DNA of 42,477 nucleotides from Glycocaulis sp. (GCF_052168375.1 NZ_JBQLZR010000309.1:1-42477); one strand, 5' to 3'; counted from the stretch's first letter, positions 9,438 through 19,722 are shown. Program-made: numbers and translations. Notes: a model not told the origin generated them from the sequence alone.

Positions 9438-10709
9438 TCAGGCTCGGGCAAAGCGGCGCAGACTGAACGGTGAGAGATCGACCGAAGACGCGCGCACGAG
9501 GGCAAGCTCCGCTACAAGGTCTGCCGTGATGGCAGCAAGCGTCAGGCCAAGGTGCTGGTGCCCGAACGCATAGAGAATATTGCCATTGTCCGGTATCCGG
9601 CCGATTGCTGGCAGGTAGTCGGGAAGCGTGGGGCGCGGACCGGACCAACGTTTGCCCGTGCCGCTCACGGGCAGGCCCAGCATCCCGGCATGCCGTTCCA
9701 GTCTCTGCCATTTGCGAGGATCAGGCGGTGCATAGGCCGAGCCGAACTCGGTCATTCCGGCAAGGCGCAGGCCGCTGTCAAAGGCTCCGGCCACGACGGA
9801 ATGTTCTTCAAACACGGTCAAGGGCAGACCGGCTGGCCAGTCATGCTCCTCCCATCGCACCGAATAGCCCCGCTCCCCTATCAGGGGCACAGCTAGCCCC
9901 AGGGTGCGAAGGACGACCGCCGATCCTGCCCCTGCAGCCAGAAGTACGAGGTCAGTTTCCAACACCGCACCGCCTGCGAGATGAACCAGAGCGCGGCTCC
10001 CATCGCTTTGAAGGCTGGTGACCGTGGCGGCTACGGTCTGCACACCAGCCTTTGTGCCTGCAGCCAATAGATCCTCGAGCAAACCACCCGGATCACGCAC
10101 CTGACCGGTCCCTGAAAACCGCAGCCCCCCTGCCGGCCGGCGCGCCAGCACGGTTTCATACTGGTCAAGCTCGAAGGATTCCATGGGACGGATGGATGCC
10201 GTCCCGAGCGGCGCCTTCTGCCAGGCCTTTTGTCCTCGTGCTGCACGGAGGGGATCGAACCAGATGATACCATGCCCCTCCATGCGCACTGCCCTGTCTG
10301 GCAGGCCTGCATCGCGCGCCAGTTCAAGCCAGGCATCCCCGGCGCCTGACAGAAGCGCGCTCAGGGCGCGTGTGCCGCCTGCAAACCGGTCAGGCAAGGC
10401 GGCGCGGACAAGCCGGGCAGACCAGGGCAGCCAGAGGCCAGCATCACGCAGCCGGAAATCGACCGGACCGCCGGTTGCAAACAGGCGCGACGGTACGTTT
10501 GCGAGCGTGGGAAGCGAGGCCAGCGGCGTCACCTGTTCGGTGGCAATATGGCCGGCATTGCCAAAGGCCGCCGCGCGCTCCCTGTCGCCTGGATCAACCA
10601 GCGTGACATCAAGCCCTGCCGCCTGCAGGCGGAAAGCGCATGCCGCTCCTATGATGCCGCCACCGATAACGGTGCAGGTTCGTCCGCGCGGTCCGCCATC
10701 TTCGCTCAT
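9438..10709 (-). CDS. FAD-dependent D-amino acid dehydrogenase, likely D-hydroxyproline dehydrogenase
   Basis: IGGGIIG, FGNAG, ERGY, GPRPTLPDYLP, FGHQHLGLT; hydroxyproline operon context. Confidence 0.85.
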   Translation of the reverse strand: MSEDGGPRGRTCTVIGGGIIGAACAFRLQAAGLDVTLVDPGDRERAAAFGNAGHIATEQVTPLASLPTLANVPSRLFATGGPVDFRLRDAGLWLPWSARLVRAALPDRFAGGTRALSALLSGAGDAWLELARDAGLPDRAVRMEGHGIIWFDPLRAARGQKAWQKAPLGTASIRPMESFELDQYETVLARRPAGGLRFSGTGQVRDPGGLLEDLLAAGTKAGVQTVAATVTSLQSDGSRALVHLAGGAVLETDLVLLAAGAGSAVVLRTLGLAVPLIGERGYSVRWEEHDWPAGLPLTVFEEHSVVAGAFDSGLRLAGMTEFGSAYAPPDPRKWQRLERHAGMLGLPVSGTGKRWSGPRPTLPDYLPAIGRIPDNGNILYAFGHQHLGLTLAAITADLVAELALVRASSVDLSPFSLRRFARA

Positions 10710-11866
10710 CGCGGGTCCGTTATCGGTTCAACGCCGCGAAACGGGTCATCGAGGCTGTGCGATGGCTCGGTGAACCAGACCGGCCCATCCTGCCCCATGT
10801 AAAAATGGTCCTCCAGACGCACCCCGAACCGGCCGGGCATGACAATCATCGGCTCGTTGGAAAAGCACATACCTGTCTGCAACGGCGTTTTATCGCCGCG
10901 CACCAGATACGGGCCCTCATGAATGTCGAGCCCGATGCCATGTCCGGTCCTGTGAGGCAGGCCGGGCAGGCGATAATCAGGGCCATAGCCCAGCGATGTC
11001 AGGAAAGTACGCACCGCATCATCGACCGCCTCGCATGGTCGGCCGGGCCTTGCCGCTTGGAATGCCACGGCCTGGGCCGCCTTCTCATGCTCCCAGACGC
11101 GGCGCATATCGGCATCCGGTTCGCCAAAGACATAGGTGCGGGTGATGTCCGATTTGTAGCCGTCAACCATGGTGCCGGTATCCACCAGCACCACATCGCC
11201 TTCGGACAACACCCGGTCGGTCTCGCCGCCATGGGGAAGTGACGTGTCAGGGCCAAAGGATACCGCGCAGAAGAAGGAGCCGCCTTCGCCGCCAAGGGCT
11301 CGGTGCTGGGCATCGATATAGCTGGCCAGTTCAGAGGCGCACAGGCCCGCCTGCAACTGCCCGTGCGCGCGGCGCTGGACCTCCAGTGTTATCGCCTTGG
11401 CATGGGAAAGAAGTGCCAGCTCTGCCGGGGACTTGCGCGCCCGCAAGGCCTGCAATCTCGCCGATCCGTCAGCCAGCCGGTCTGCACCCATCACACCGGC
11501 AAGCCCGTGCCAGACCCAGACCGGCATGAGCGGATCGATGTCGAGACGACCCTCAGGCATCGCCGCAGCGACGAGGCGGAACGGGCTCTCATGCTCCTCC
11601 CAGCAGAGTATGTCAGCCTCTACCTGCGCGGCAGCGGCAATCTTGCCTTCCTCAAAGCGCGGGGCGATGTAGGCAATCCTGCCATCAGACCGGACGAGCA
11701 GGGCGACAAGGCGCTCTGTCGGCGTCCAGCGCAGGCCTGCAAAATAGCGAAGCCCCGATTGCGAGCCGATTAGCACCGCGCCCGTTCCGTCACGGTCAAG
11801 GCTCTCGGCCAGCCTCTCGATCCGGGCGCGGCGCTCGTGAACGCTGATCGGTGGCGGCAGTGTCAT
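10706..11866 (-). CDS. Xaa-Pro peptidase (M24B)
   Basis: PHG, DTG..SDITRT, HRTGHGIGLDIHE, SNEP, GVRLED metal-ligand motifs. Confidence 0.92.
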   Translation of the reverse strand: MTLPPPISVHERRARIERLAESLDRDGTGAVLIGSQSGLRYFAGLRWTPTERLVALLVRSDGRIAYIAPRFEEGKIAAAAQVEADILCWEEHESPFRLVAAAMPEGRLDIDPLMPVWVWHGLAGVMGADRLADGSARLQALRARKSPAELALLSHAKAITLEVQRRAHGQLQAGLCASELASYIDAQHRALGGEGGSFFCAVSFGPDTSLPHGGETDRVLSEGDVVLVDTGTMVDGYKSDITRTYVFGEPDADMRRVWEHEKAAQAVAFQAARPGRPCEAVDDAVRTFLTSLGYGPDYRLPGLPHRTGHGIGLDIHEGPYLVRGDKTPLQTGMCFSNEPMIVMPGRFGVRLEDHFYMGQDGPVWFTEPSHSLDDPFRGVEPITDPR

Positions 11867-11893
11867 GGTTGGCCAGCTCCTCGGAAAACAGGT

Positions 11894-12559
11894 TCAGCGT
11901 GTGCTGTCCAGCACGGCAGAAAGATCGGCGAGCGTGCCTTCGAGATGCTCGGCGACAAGCCGCCGGACCGTATACTCGTTTCGGGAAAGCCAGGCTGACA
12001 GAAGCGCATGATGTTCGCGCCGGGCCCGCTCATGACGCCCGTCAGGGGCCAGATGCACATGTACATAGCGGTCTGCCAGGACGTGCAGCCGCTCGACAAT
12101 TCCGGTCGTGATCTGGCGTTCTCCCGGACTGACAAGAGCCAGATGAAACGCCCGGTTCAACCGGCCCACGCTTGCGTGCTGCGCGATGGCTGCTGCGTCG
12201 AGGCGCGAAAGCGCGTCACGCGCGGCCTCCTGCTGCGTCTTGGATGCCACGACGCACGCGCGCGCCGCCGCATCCGGTTCGATCTGCAAGCGCAGCTCGT
12301 AGACCTCGCGCGCTTCATTCCAGGAAAGCGCGCGTACGAAGTAGCCGCGATTGGGATGGGAGGTTACCAGCCCATCCTGTTCCAGCCGGGCCAGAGCCTC
12401 GCGCAAGGGTATTTTCGAGACCTGAAAGCGCGCAGCGAGCGCATCCTGACGTACCGGCTGATCAGGCTGAATCTCGCCTTGCACGATGCTTTCACGAAGC
12501 AATTCCACCAGGCGCTCTGCCAGCGTGCGCGTGTCGAGCAGAAGCGTGGAGGGCTCCAT
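11894..12559 (-). CDS. GntR (FCD) transcriptional regulator, HypR-like
   Basis: HTH LAARFQVSKIPLREAL, FCD NRAFH..EHHAL. Confidence 0.92.
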   Translation of the reverse strand: MEPSTLLLDTRTLAERLVELLRESIVQGEIQPDQPVRQDALAARFQVSKIPLREALARLEQDGLVTSHPNRGYFVRALSWNEAREVYELRLQIEPDAAARACVVASKTQQEAARDALSRLDAAAIAQHASVGRLNRAFHLALVSPGERQITTGIVERLHVLADRYVHVHLAPDGRHERARREHHALLSAWLSRNEYTVRRLVAEHLEGTLADLSAVLDSTR

Positions 12560-12560
12560 G

Positions 12561-13559
12561 TCAGGCTACCTCGAAACCGGCATGGAACACGTCGTCGGAG
12601 TCGATCCAGATCGTGTTGAAGCCGGTCGCAATGGCGCTCCCCTCAACTGACGGGATGATACCTGGCATCGCTCCCAGCGTGCATTCGGCCTCGACGCGGC
12701 CTGTAAACCGGCTGCCGATATAGCTTTCGTGGACGAAGCTCTGACCTGCTTTCAGCCGTCCGCGTGCATGAAGCTGGGCCATGCGCGCCGAGGTGCCTGT
12801 GCCGCACGGGCTGCGGTCGATTGCGCCATCGCCATAGAAGACGGCATTGCGGGCATCGGCGTTCGGTGAGCGTGCGGCGTCGGCCCACAGGACATGGCTG
12901 ACACCGCGAATGGTGGGGTCTTCGGGATGCACCGGCGTCACCGTTTCGCGCAAGGCCTGACGGATTTGCCGACTGAGCGCGATGATGCGCGCCGAACCCA
13001 GATCATCCAGCCCGGTATAGGCACCTTGCGGTTCGATGATGGCGTAGAAGTTTCCGCCATAGGCGATATCCAGCCGGATCGTTCCGAGCTCCGGCACGTC
13101 AAGCGACATGTCACGTTCAGCCAGATAGCTCGCCACATTCGTCAGGCGGACAGAGCGCACGCGATTGCCTTCGGCCTGATAGCTGATGTCGATGATACCG
13201 GCAGGTGTTTCCACTTTCAGCACGCCGGGCATGCGCGGACGGATCAGCCCGTGCTCCAGCCCGAACGTGATCATGCCGATCGTGCCATGGCCGCACATGG
13301 GCAGGCAGCCGCTCGTCTCGATGAAGAGAATGCCAAGATCGGTATCGGGCCGCGAGGGCGGATAGAAGAACCCGCCGCTCATCATGGCGTGCCCGCGCGG
13401 TTCAAAACACAGTCCGGTCCGTATCCAGTCAAAGCGCTGGAGGAAGTCCTGCCTGCGTTCGCTCATGGTCTGACCGCGCAGGAGCGGCGCACCGCCCGCC
13501 ACCAGACGCACCGGATTGCCGGCGGTATGCCCGACAATGCAGAAGAAGACCGAGCGCAT
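12561..13559 (-). CDS. 4-hydroxyproline 2-epimerase (proline racemase family)
   Basis: EPRGH, catalytic PMCGHG and DRSPCGTG; ATG 13559 with AGGGG RBS. Confidence 0.93.
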   Translation of the reverse strand: MRSVFFCIVGHTAGNPVRLVAGGAPLLRGQTMSERRQDFLQRFDWIRTGLCFEPRGHAMMSGGFFYPPSRPDTDLGILFIETSGCLPMCGHGTIGMITFGLEHGLIRPRMPGVLKVETPAGIIDISYQAEGNRVRSVRLTNVASYLAERDMSLDVPELGTIRLDIAYGGNFYAIIEPQGAYTGLDDLGSARIIALSRQIRQALRETVTPVHPEDPTIRGVSHVLWADAARSPNADARNAVFYGDGAIDRSPCGTGTSARMAQLHARGRLKAGQSFVHESYIGSRFTGRVEAECTLGAMPGIIPSVEGSAIATGFNTIWIDSDDVFHAGFEVA

Positions 13560-13573
13560 GGCCCGCCCCTGTC

Positions 13574-14491
13574 CTAATGTGCCTTCGCGCCGACAGGGCG
13601 CGTGGCGGCGGCCTTCTCGACCATCTCGATGACGTGTTTGCGGCGCGCACCGGCCAGCGGCATGCGCGGCATGCGCACCCGCTCCGAGCCCCGGCCCATG
13701 ATCTGTTCGGCGAGCTTGATGCACTGGACGAGATCAGGGTCGGCATCGAGGTGCAGGAGCGGCAGGAACCAGCGATAGATGGCCAGAGCGCGCTCCAAAT
13801 CACCGCGATTGACCGCCGCCACCATCTCGACCGACTCTTCGGGGAAGGCGTTTGTCAGGCCTGAAATCCAGCCCGTCGCACCGAGCAACAAGCCCTCCAG
13901 CGCAACATCATCGAGACCGGCGAGGATCTTGTAGCGCTCACCCACCGCATTGAAGATATCCGTGAAGCGGCGCGAATCCGGCGCGCTCTCCTTGATGGCG
14001 ACGATATTGGGAATGTCAGCCATCGCCTTGAGATCATCGAGGCTCAGCGAGACCCGGTAGGCCGGCGGATTATTGTAGAGCATGATTGGCAGGGACGTCG
14101 CCTCGGCCACCGCCCGGAAATGGGCGACCAACTCCTGCGGCGTCGGCACATAGACCATGGCCGGCAGCACCATCAGCCCGTCCGCGCCGAGCGCTTCCGC
14201 ATCTCGCGCATACTGGACCGCACGCGCGGTCGTCAGCTCGCTGACCCCGCTGATGATGGGACCGCGCCCGCCAGCCATTTCCGCGGCGGCTTTCAGGATT
14301 GTGCGCTTTTCCTCCGGCTCCAGCGAATTGTTCTCGCCCACCGTTCCCATCACGACCAGCCCGTCCACCCCATCGCGGAACAGGGCATCCTGCACGCGCT
14401 GGGTGGCATCAAGGTCCACCGAGAAGTCTTCGTGAAACTGCGTGGTCGCGGCGGGAATAACGCCGGTCCAGGACGGGATAATGCTGGCCAT
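13574..14491 (-). CDS. DapA-family protein, likely pyrroline-4-hydroxy-2-carboxylate deaminase
   Basis: GTVGE, MLYNNP, AIKES, GWISGLTNAFP; GAGGAG RBS before ATG 14491; adjacent to the epimerase. Confidence 0.88.
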   Translation of the reverse strand: MASIIPSWTGVIPAATTQFHEDFSVDLDATQRVQDALFRDGVDGLVVMGTVGENNSLEPEEKRTILKAAAEMAGGRGPIISGVSELTTARAVQYARDAEALGADGLMVLPAMVYVPTPQELVAHFRAVAEATSLPIMLYNNPPAYRVSLSLDDLKAMADIPNIVAIKESAPDSRRFTDIFNAVGERYKILAGLDDVALEGLLLGATGWISGLTNAFPEESVEMVAAVNRGDLERALAIYRWFLPLLHLDADPDLVQCIKLAEQIMGRGSERVRMPRMPLAGARRKHVIEMVEKAAATRPVGAKAH

Positions 14492-14506
14492 GCCTGTCTC
14501 CTCAAA

Positions 14507-14518
14507 ATCGTATACGAT
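14507..14518. promoter_or_regulatory. Putative HypR/GntR operator
   Basis: Perfect palindrome ATCGTATACGAT immediately upstream of the operon RBS; GTATAC core resembles HypR sites. Confidence 0.7.
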
Positions 14519-14672
14519 ATAATAAGCGGACCTTGGTGGAACACAAGCGCCAGTCTCCGCACCGCCATGCGGATTAAAATTTATCCATTCAGGACGCAAT
14601 TCTCTGATTGGGATTGCCAAGAGAAAGAATGAGTGCTTCGCTCTGCGGCACCATTTCTGTCCGGAGGCCGCC

Positions 14673-15839
14673 ATGACCCGCCTTTTCCAGATTGCCCTTG
14701 CCTGCCTCCCCCTGCTTCTCTCGGCAGCCTCTACAGCAATTGCTGCAGAGGATGCTGCAAGCCGTGCGGCCGAGGCAGCCGGCACATTTGCCAGCACAGT
14801 GCTTGAAGCGGGCGAGGCGCCGGGACTGTCGATCGGGATCGCACATCGCGGCGAGATACTCGTGGTGAACGGCTATGGCTTCGCCAATCTGGAGCATGAG
14901 GTGCCGGTTACGGAAGACACGGTTTTCCGCATCGGCTCGGTCACCAAGCAGTTTACCGCAGCGGCCATTCTCCTGCTGGCTGAAGAGCGCCGGCTATCGC
15001 TCGATGACACGATTGACGCCTATTTCCCCGATTTTCCACGCGGCGGAGAGGTAACGATCCGCCATTTGCTGCAGCACACCTCCGGCCTGCACAACTACAC
15101 CTCTCTTGAGGGCTTCATGGCGATTGCTGCGCCGCTCGAGCACGACGAGGCGCGCATGCTGGCCTATATCCGCAGCGCGGACCCGCTCTACGATTTCGAC
15201 CCGGGTACCGGCTGGAGCTACAGCAATACCGGCTACATGCTGCTGGACTATATTGCGGCGCGCGCTGCAGGCATGCCGCTCGCGGACTTTCTGGAGCAGC
15301 GCGTTTTCGAGCCTCTGGGCATGACGCGGACCCGCATCGACACCGCAGCCGAGATCGTACCTGGACGGGCACAAGGTTATGACGTCGTTGAAGATGCTCC
15401 GGGCGACTTTACGAACACCACCCATCTTTCCCTGAGCGTTGCTGCGGGCGCGGGAGCCATGCGCTCCACACCGCGCGATCTCCTTGTGTGGACACACGCC
15501 CTTCTCGGCGGTGAGGTTGTATCGCAGGACGGCCTTTCGCTCATGCTGGCACCGGCGCGGCTGATCGACGGCTCTCTCGCTAGTGCGGCGCGCGCCACCC
15601 AAGGCGGCTCCACGAACATTTCAGACTACGGCTTCGGCATCATGACCGGAGAAAGGGGCGGTCACCGCTTTATCGGCCATGGCGGTTCGATCAACGGCTT
15701 CAATGCCTCTCTCATGCACTACCCTGACCAGGACGTGACCATCGTGCTTCTTGTCAACACGATCGGCCCGGCGGCACGCGGCACCCCTGTGCTGGCGGAG
15801 GCCGTGTTCGAGGCCCTGGCCCCCGCTGACGCCGACTAG
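14673..15839 (+). CDS. Secreted serine hydrolase (beta-lactamase class C / D-aminopeptidase-like)
   Basis: Signal peptide; SVTK, LLQHTSG, YSN, HGG motifs. Confidence 0.92.
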   Translation: MTRLFQIALACLPLLLSAASTAIAAEDAASRAAEAAGTFASTVLEAGEAPGLSIGIAHRGEILVVNGYGFANLEHEVPVTEDTVFRIGSVTKQFTAAAILLLAEERRLSLDDTIDAYFPDFPRGGEVTIRHLLQHTSGLHNYTSLEGFMAIAAPLEHDEARMLAYIRSADPLYDFDPGTGWSYSNTGYMLLDYIAARAAGMPLADFLEQRVFEPLGMTRTRIDTAAEIVPGRAQGYDVVEDAPGDFTNTTHLSLSVAAGAGAMRSTPRDLLVWTHALLGGEVVSQDGLSLMLAPARLIDGSLASAARATQGGSTNISDYGFGIMTGERGGHRFIGHGGSINGFNASLMHYPDQDVTIVLLVNTIGPAARGTPVLAEAVFEALAPADAD

Positions 15840-15869
15840 CCGCCGTGTCCGCCAAAAAAGGAAATTGCC

Positions 15870-17381
15870 ATGCGCCCTGCCCGCCGACTACTTCTAGCCA
15901 CCGTCCTTGCCCTCATGCCGCTTCACGCCATGCCTGCGCTGGCGCAGCCGAGCGGCAGTGTGACGGCAACCCTTGATCCGGCACGCATCGAAACCCTGCC
16001 GGCCTTCATTGACGGCGTGATGGCCCAGCAGATCGCCTCGCGCGAAGTGTCCGGCGCGCTCGTGACGGTCGTCCATCAGGGCGAAGTGGTGATGAGCCGG
16101 GGTTACGGCTTTGCCGATGTCGAGAACCGCGTACCCGTCGACGGGCAAAGCACGCTCTTCCGGCCCGGCTCCATCTCGAAAATGTTTACCTGGGTCGCGC
16201 TCATGCAGCTCGTCGAACAGGGACGGGTCTCGCTTGATGATGACGTCAACGCGCACATCGATTTCGAGATCGAACCCTTTAACGGGGAACCGATCACCGT
16301 GCGGGACCTGTTACAGCACACGCCGGGCATGAGCGATGTCGGCGGGTTTACGACCACCGACCCGCAAGCCCTGATCGATCATGCCGAATGGACGCGCACC
16401 CATGTTCCAGCGCGGGTGCGGGCACCGGGCGAGGAAGTAGCCTACTCCAACTGGGGCACCTCGCTGGCGGGCTATATCGTCGAGCAGGTCTCGGGCGAGC
16501 ACTTTGCCGACTATGTCGAGGCACACATTTTCCAGCCGCTCGGCATGACATCCTCGACATTCCGCGAACCCCTGCCCCAAGCGCTGGCAGATCGCATTGC
16601 CCTCGGTCACGACCTCGAGAACGGGCGCTTCACCGCGCGGACGTTCGACTATTATTCGATGGTGATGCCGGCAGGCTCGGCCACGGTCAGCGGCCCGGAC
16701 ATGGCCCGCTTCATGATGGCGATGCTCAATGACGGCGCACTCGGAGAGGCCCGCATCCTCAGCGCAGAATCGGTAGCTCTGCTGGAAAGCAACTCCATTA
16801 CCAATGCGCCGCGCCTGCCGGGCATGGCACATGGCTATCTGGTCTATCGCGAGGAAGGACCGCGCCTGATCGGCCATGCCGGCGCGATGCGCGATTTCCG
16901 CTCCAACATGATCCTGTCTCCGGAAACACAGACCGGCGTTTTCCTCTCCATCGTGGCAGCCCCTGCAGGCCGCCCAGCGCAAGGTGAGCTGTCCGCAGCC
17001 ATCACCGGACGCCTCTTTCCCCAAGAGCCGTCCCCGCGATGGACCGAACAGGCAGAAGCGGGCAATTTCGAGGGCCGCTATCTCGTCAATCGCCGCGACT
17101 ATTCAACCGAGCCGCACCCGCTCATGCATGCAGTTGTGCGCGCGGTGGGCGATAATGCGCTGACCATCGAGGCGATCGGCCAGACCCTCTATTTCGAGCA
17201 GATCGGACCGGGCCTGTTTGAACAGGCGACGGGTCTGCGCGAGGGTGGCCCGTTCGATCAGGTGGAGTTCTATGGCAGTGGAGAGGATCTGCGGCTCTCC
17301 TTTGCCAGCCAGCCCTTCATGAACTGGCACTATGCCGGTCCGCTGGAAGGCGGCGAAGACGACAGCGAAGCTGACGAATAG
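15870..17381 (+). CDS. Secreted serine hydrolase (beta-lactamase family) with C-terminal extra domain
   Basis: Signal peptide; SISK, LLQHTPG, YSN, HAG motifs. Confidence 0.92.
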   Translation: MRPARRLLLATVLALMPLHAMPALAQPSGSVTATLDPARIETLPAFIDGVMAQQIASREVSGALVTVVHQGEVVMSRGYGFADVENRVPVDGQSTLFRPGSISKMFTWVALMQLVEQGRVSLDDDVNAHIDFEIEPFNGEPITVRDLLQHTPGMSDVGGFTTTDPQALIDHAEWTRTHVPARVRAPGEEVAYSNWGTSLAGYIVEQVSGEHFADYVEAHIFQPLGMTSSTFREPLPQALADRIALGHDLENGRFTARTFDYYSMVMPAGSATVSGPDMARFMMAMLNDGALGEARILSAESVALLESNSITNAPRLPGMAHGYLVYREEGPRLIGHAGAMRDFRSNMILSPETQTGVFLSIVAAPAGRPAQGELSAAITGRLFPQEPSPRWTEQAEAGNFEGRYLVNRRDYSTEPHPLMHAVVRAVGDNALTIEAIGQTLYFEQIGPGLFEQATGLREGGPFDQVEFYGSGEDLRLSFASQPFMNWHYAGPLEGGEDDSEADE

Positions 17382-17408
17382 CGACTGTCCGCGTGCAGGA
17401 TGCGCGCT

Positions 17409-19634
17409 TCAGGCCGCATCCTGCGCGGCGTGGCCCTTCTCGATCCGGCCAGCCTCGAAATCGTCCGTCAGCAGCACCTCGCGTGCGAGCGCATCCGCTG
17501 CCCGGATTTCGTCAAGCTCGGCCTGTGACAGCACGCCGTTGGCAAGAGCTTCATCGGGTTTGACGCCCGCATCCTTTGCCTTCTTCAGAAGGGCATCGCG
17601 CCGGACCACGGCCCGGAACGCACGTTCCAGTACCGCCAGTGGATCATCGCCGGAGCCGGTGTAGACGTTGCGGCCGAGGCGTTCACGCGTACCGGTCTCA
17701 CTCAGGAGGCATTCTGCCGCCGCATGCATCAGCGTGTCGGACGGGGGCTGGCGATGCTGGCCCAGAGGGCAGATCACCAGACGCAGCAGCACCCGCCAAT
17801 GGAAGCCCGGGAAATGGCGAATGACGGCACGCAGCCGCTGCTGGATCCGGTAGAGGCCATCCTCGAAACACCAGTCCAGCAAGGGCTTGTCCTCAGCCTG
17901 CCGGCCTTCCGCGTCATAGCGTTTCAGCACGGCTGAGAGCAGGTAGATTTCTGCCAGAATGTCACCCAGCCGCGCGGACAGGGATTCCTTGCGCTTCAAC
18001 GCGCCGCCGAGCACACCCAGCGCCACTTCGGAAATAACCGCGAGACGTACCGAAGCATGGGTCAGTTGCCGGTAATAGGGTGCAAGCTCCCCCGCCTTGT
18101 CCGGCGCGTGGGCGAACCGGCCAAAGGTCAGACCGTGGACGAAGGCCCGCGAAAAATTCGCGATATCGTGCCCGATATGCGCAAACAGGGCCTTGTCGAA
18201 GGCTTTGAGGCCTTCTTCCTTGTCCGGGTTTCTGACCGCCTCCATCTCTTTGAGCAGATAGGGATGGCAGCGTATTGCGCCTTGTCCGAAAATGATCAGG
18301 CTGCGGGTCAGAATGTTCGCGCCTTCCACGGTGATCGCGACCGGAATGGCCTTGTAGGCTGTTGCCAGATGATTGCGCGGCCCCTCCATGATGGCCTTGC
18401 CGCCATGCACGTCCATCGCATCGTTGATCGACTGACGCAGGCGCTCGGTGGCGTGATATTTCATGATTGCGGAAACGACGGCAGGCTTCTCGCCTGCATC
18501 AATCCCGGCACTGGTCAGATAGCGCCCGGCATCGAGCAAATAGGCATTGGCCGCAATCCGGGCGAGCGGTTCACGCACGCCTTCAAAATTGCCGATTGCC
18601 ATGCCGAACTGCTCACGCACGCGGGCATAGGCCCCGGTCGAGACGGCCGCCACGGCGCCGCCTGCACAGCTCAAGGAGGGTAGCGAAATGCCGCGGCCCG
18701 CCGCCAGCGCGCCCATCAGCATCTTCCAGCCCTTTCCGATCTGCTCGCGCCCGCCGAGCACCTGGTCCATCGGCACAAAAACCTTCTCGCCGCTTACAGG
18801 ACCGTTCTGGAAAGCGAGCCCCGAAGGCTGGTGGCGCCGCCCGGTCTCGAGACCTGGCGTATCGGTCGGGACGAGGGCGACAGTAATCCCGCGCTCCTCC
18901 TCACCGCCCAGAAGCCCGTCCGGGTCCCGCAGCTTGAAGGCAAGCCCGGCCAGCGTCCCAACCGGCGCGAGCGTGATGTAGCGTTTGTTGCAGGTGATCT
19001 CGATGCCGAGCACGCGCTCGCCCTTGATCTCACGCTCAACGACGACGCCCTCATCGCTCATGGCAGAAGCGTCAGAACCAGCCTCAATGCCGGTCAGCGC
19101 AAAGCAGGGAATGTCCTTTCCGCTGGCCAGACGCGGCAGATAAGTCTGCTTCTGCTCGTCTGTCCCGTAGAGCATCAGCAACTCGCCAGGGCCGAGCGAG
19201 TTGGGCACCATCACGGTGACGGCAGCCGTGATGGAACGCGTGGCGATCATCCGCACGATTTCCGAATGGGCAAAGGCGGAAAAGCCCTTCCCGCCATGGT
19301 CGGCCGGAATGATCATCGCGAAGAAGCCCTCGCGGACCAGCAAATCCCAGACAGGCTCGGGCAGGTCACGCAATTCATGCTCGATCTGCCAGTCGTCCAG
19401 CATTGCGCACAGGGTCTGGACCGGGCCGTCGATGAAGGCCTGCTCGTCCGCCGTCAGCACGCCGGTCTTCAGCCCGGCAAGGTAGTCCCAATCCGGACGG
19501 CCCGACATGATCTCGCGGTCCCACCACACTGTACCGGCTTCGATGGCTTCAGCCTCGGTCTCGGACATGGCGGGTACGACGCCTGCATACAAGCGCATCA
19601 GGGGTTTGCTGATCAGGTTCTGCCGCCACTTCAT
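17409..19634 (-). CDS. fadE: Acyl-CoA dehydrogenase FadE (short form without N-terminal TM helices)
   Basis: MSETEAEAIEAGTVWWD, MVPNSLGPGELL, AGSDA, KRYITLAP, ITVEGANILTRS; AAGGAG RBS before ATG 19634. Confidence 0.92.
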   Translation of the reverse strand: MKWRQNLISKPLMRLYAGVVPAMSETEAEAIEAGTVWWDREIMSGRPDWDYLAGLKTGVLTADEQAFIDGPVQTLCAMLDDWQIEHELRDLPEPVWDLLVREGFFAMIIPADHGGKGFSAFAHSEIVRMIATRSITAAVTVMVPNSLGPGELLMLYGTDEQKQTYLPRLASGKDIPCFALTGIEAGSDASAMSDEGVVVEREIKGERVLGIEITCNKRYITLAPVGTLAGLAFKLRDPDGLLGGEEERGITVALVPTDTPGLETGRRHQPSGLAFQNGPVSGEKVFVPMDQVLGGREQIGKGWKMLMGALAAGRGISLPSLSCAGGAVAAVSTGAYARVREQFGMAIGNFEGVREPLARIAANAYLLDAGRYLTSAGIDAGEKPAVVSAIMKYHATERLRQSINDAMDVHGGKAIMEGPRNHLATAYKAIPVAITVEGANILTRSLIIFGQGAIRCHPYLLKEMEAVRNPDKEEGLKAFDKALFAHIGHDIANFSRAFVHGLTFGRFAHAPDKAGELAPYYRQLTHASVRLAVISEVALGVLGGALKRKESLSARLGDILAEIYLLSAVLKRYDAEGRQAEDKPLLDWCFEDGLYRIQQRLRAVIRHFPGFHWRVLLRLVICPLGQHRQPPSDTLMHAAAECLLSETGTRERLGRNVYTGSGDDPLAVLERAFRAVVRRDALLKKAKDAGVKPDEALANGVLSQAELDEIRAADALAREVLLTDDFEAGRIEKGHAAQDAA

Positions 19635-19722
19635 CGCGCGTCTCCTTGATGTCCGCATGCCGCAACAACCGGCATTGCCTCTGGAGCATGCAACGCGTGC
19701 CGGATTGGTGCGTTCCCGTTTG

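Noticed and set aside
14673-17381. Beta-lactam resistance genes
   Set aside because: Third motif is HGG/HAG rather than KTG, and context points to peptidase/esterase function
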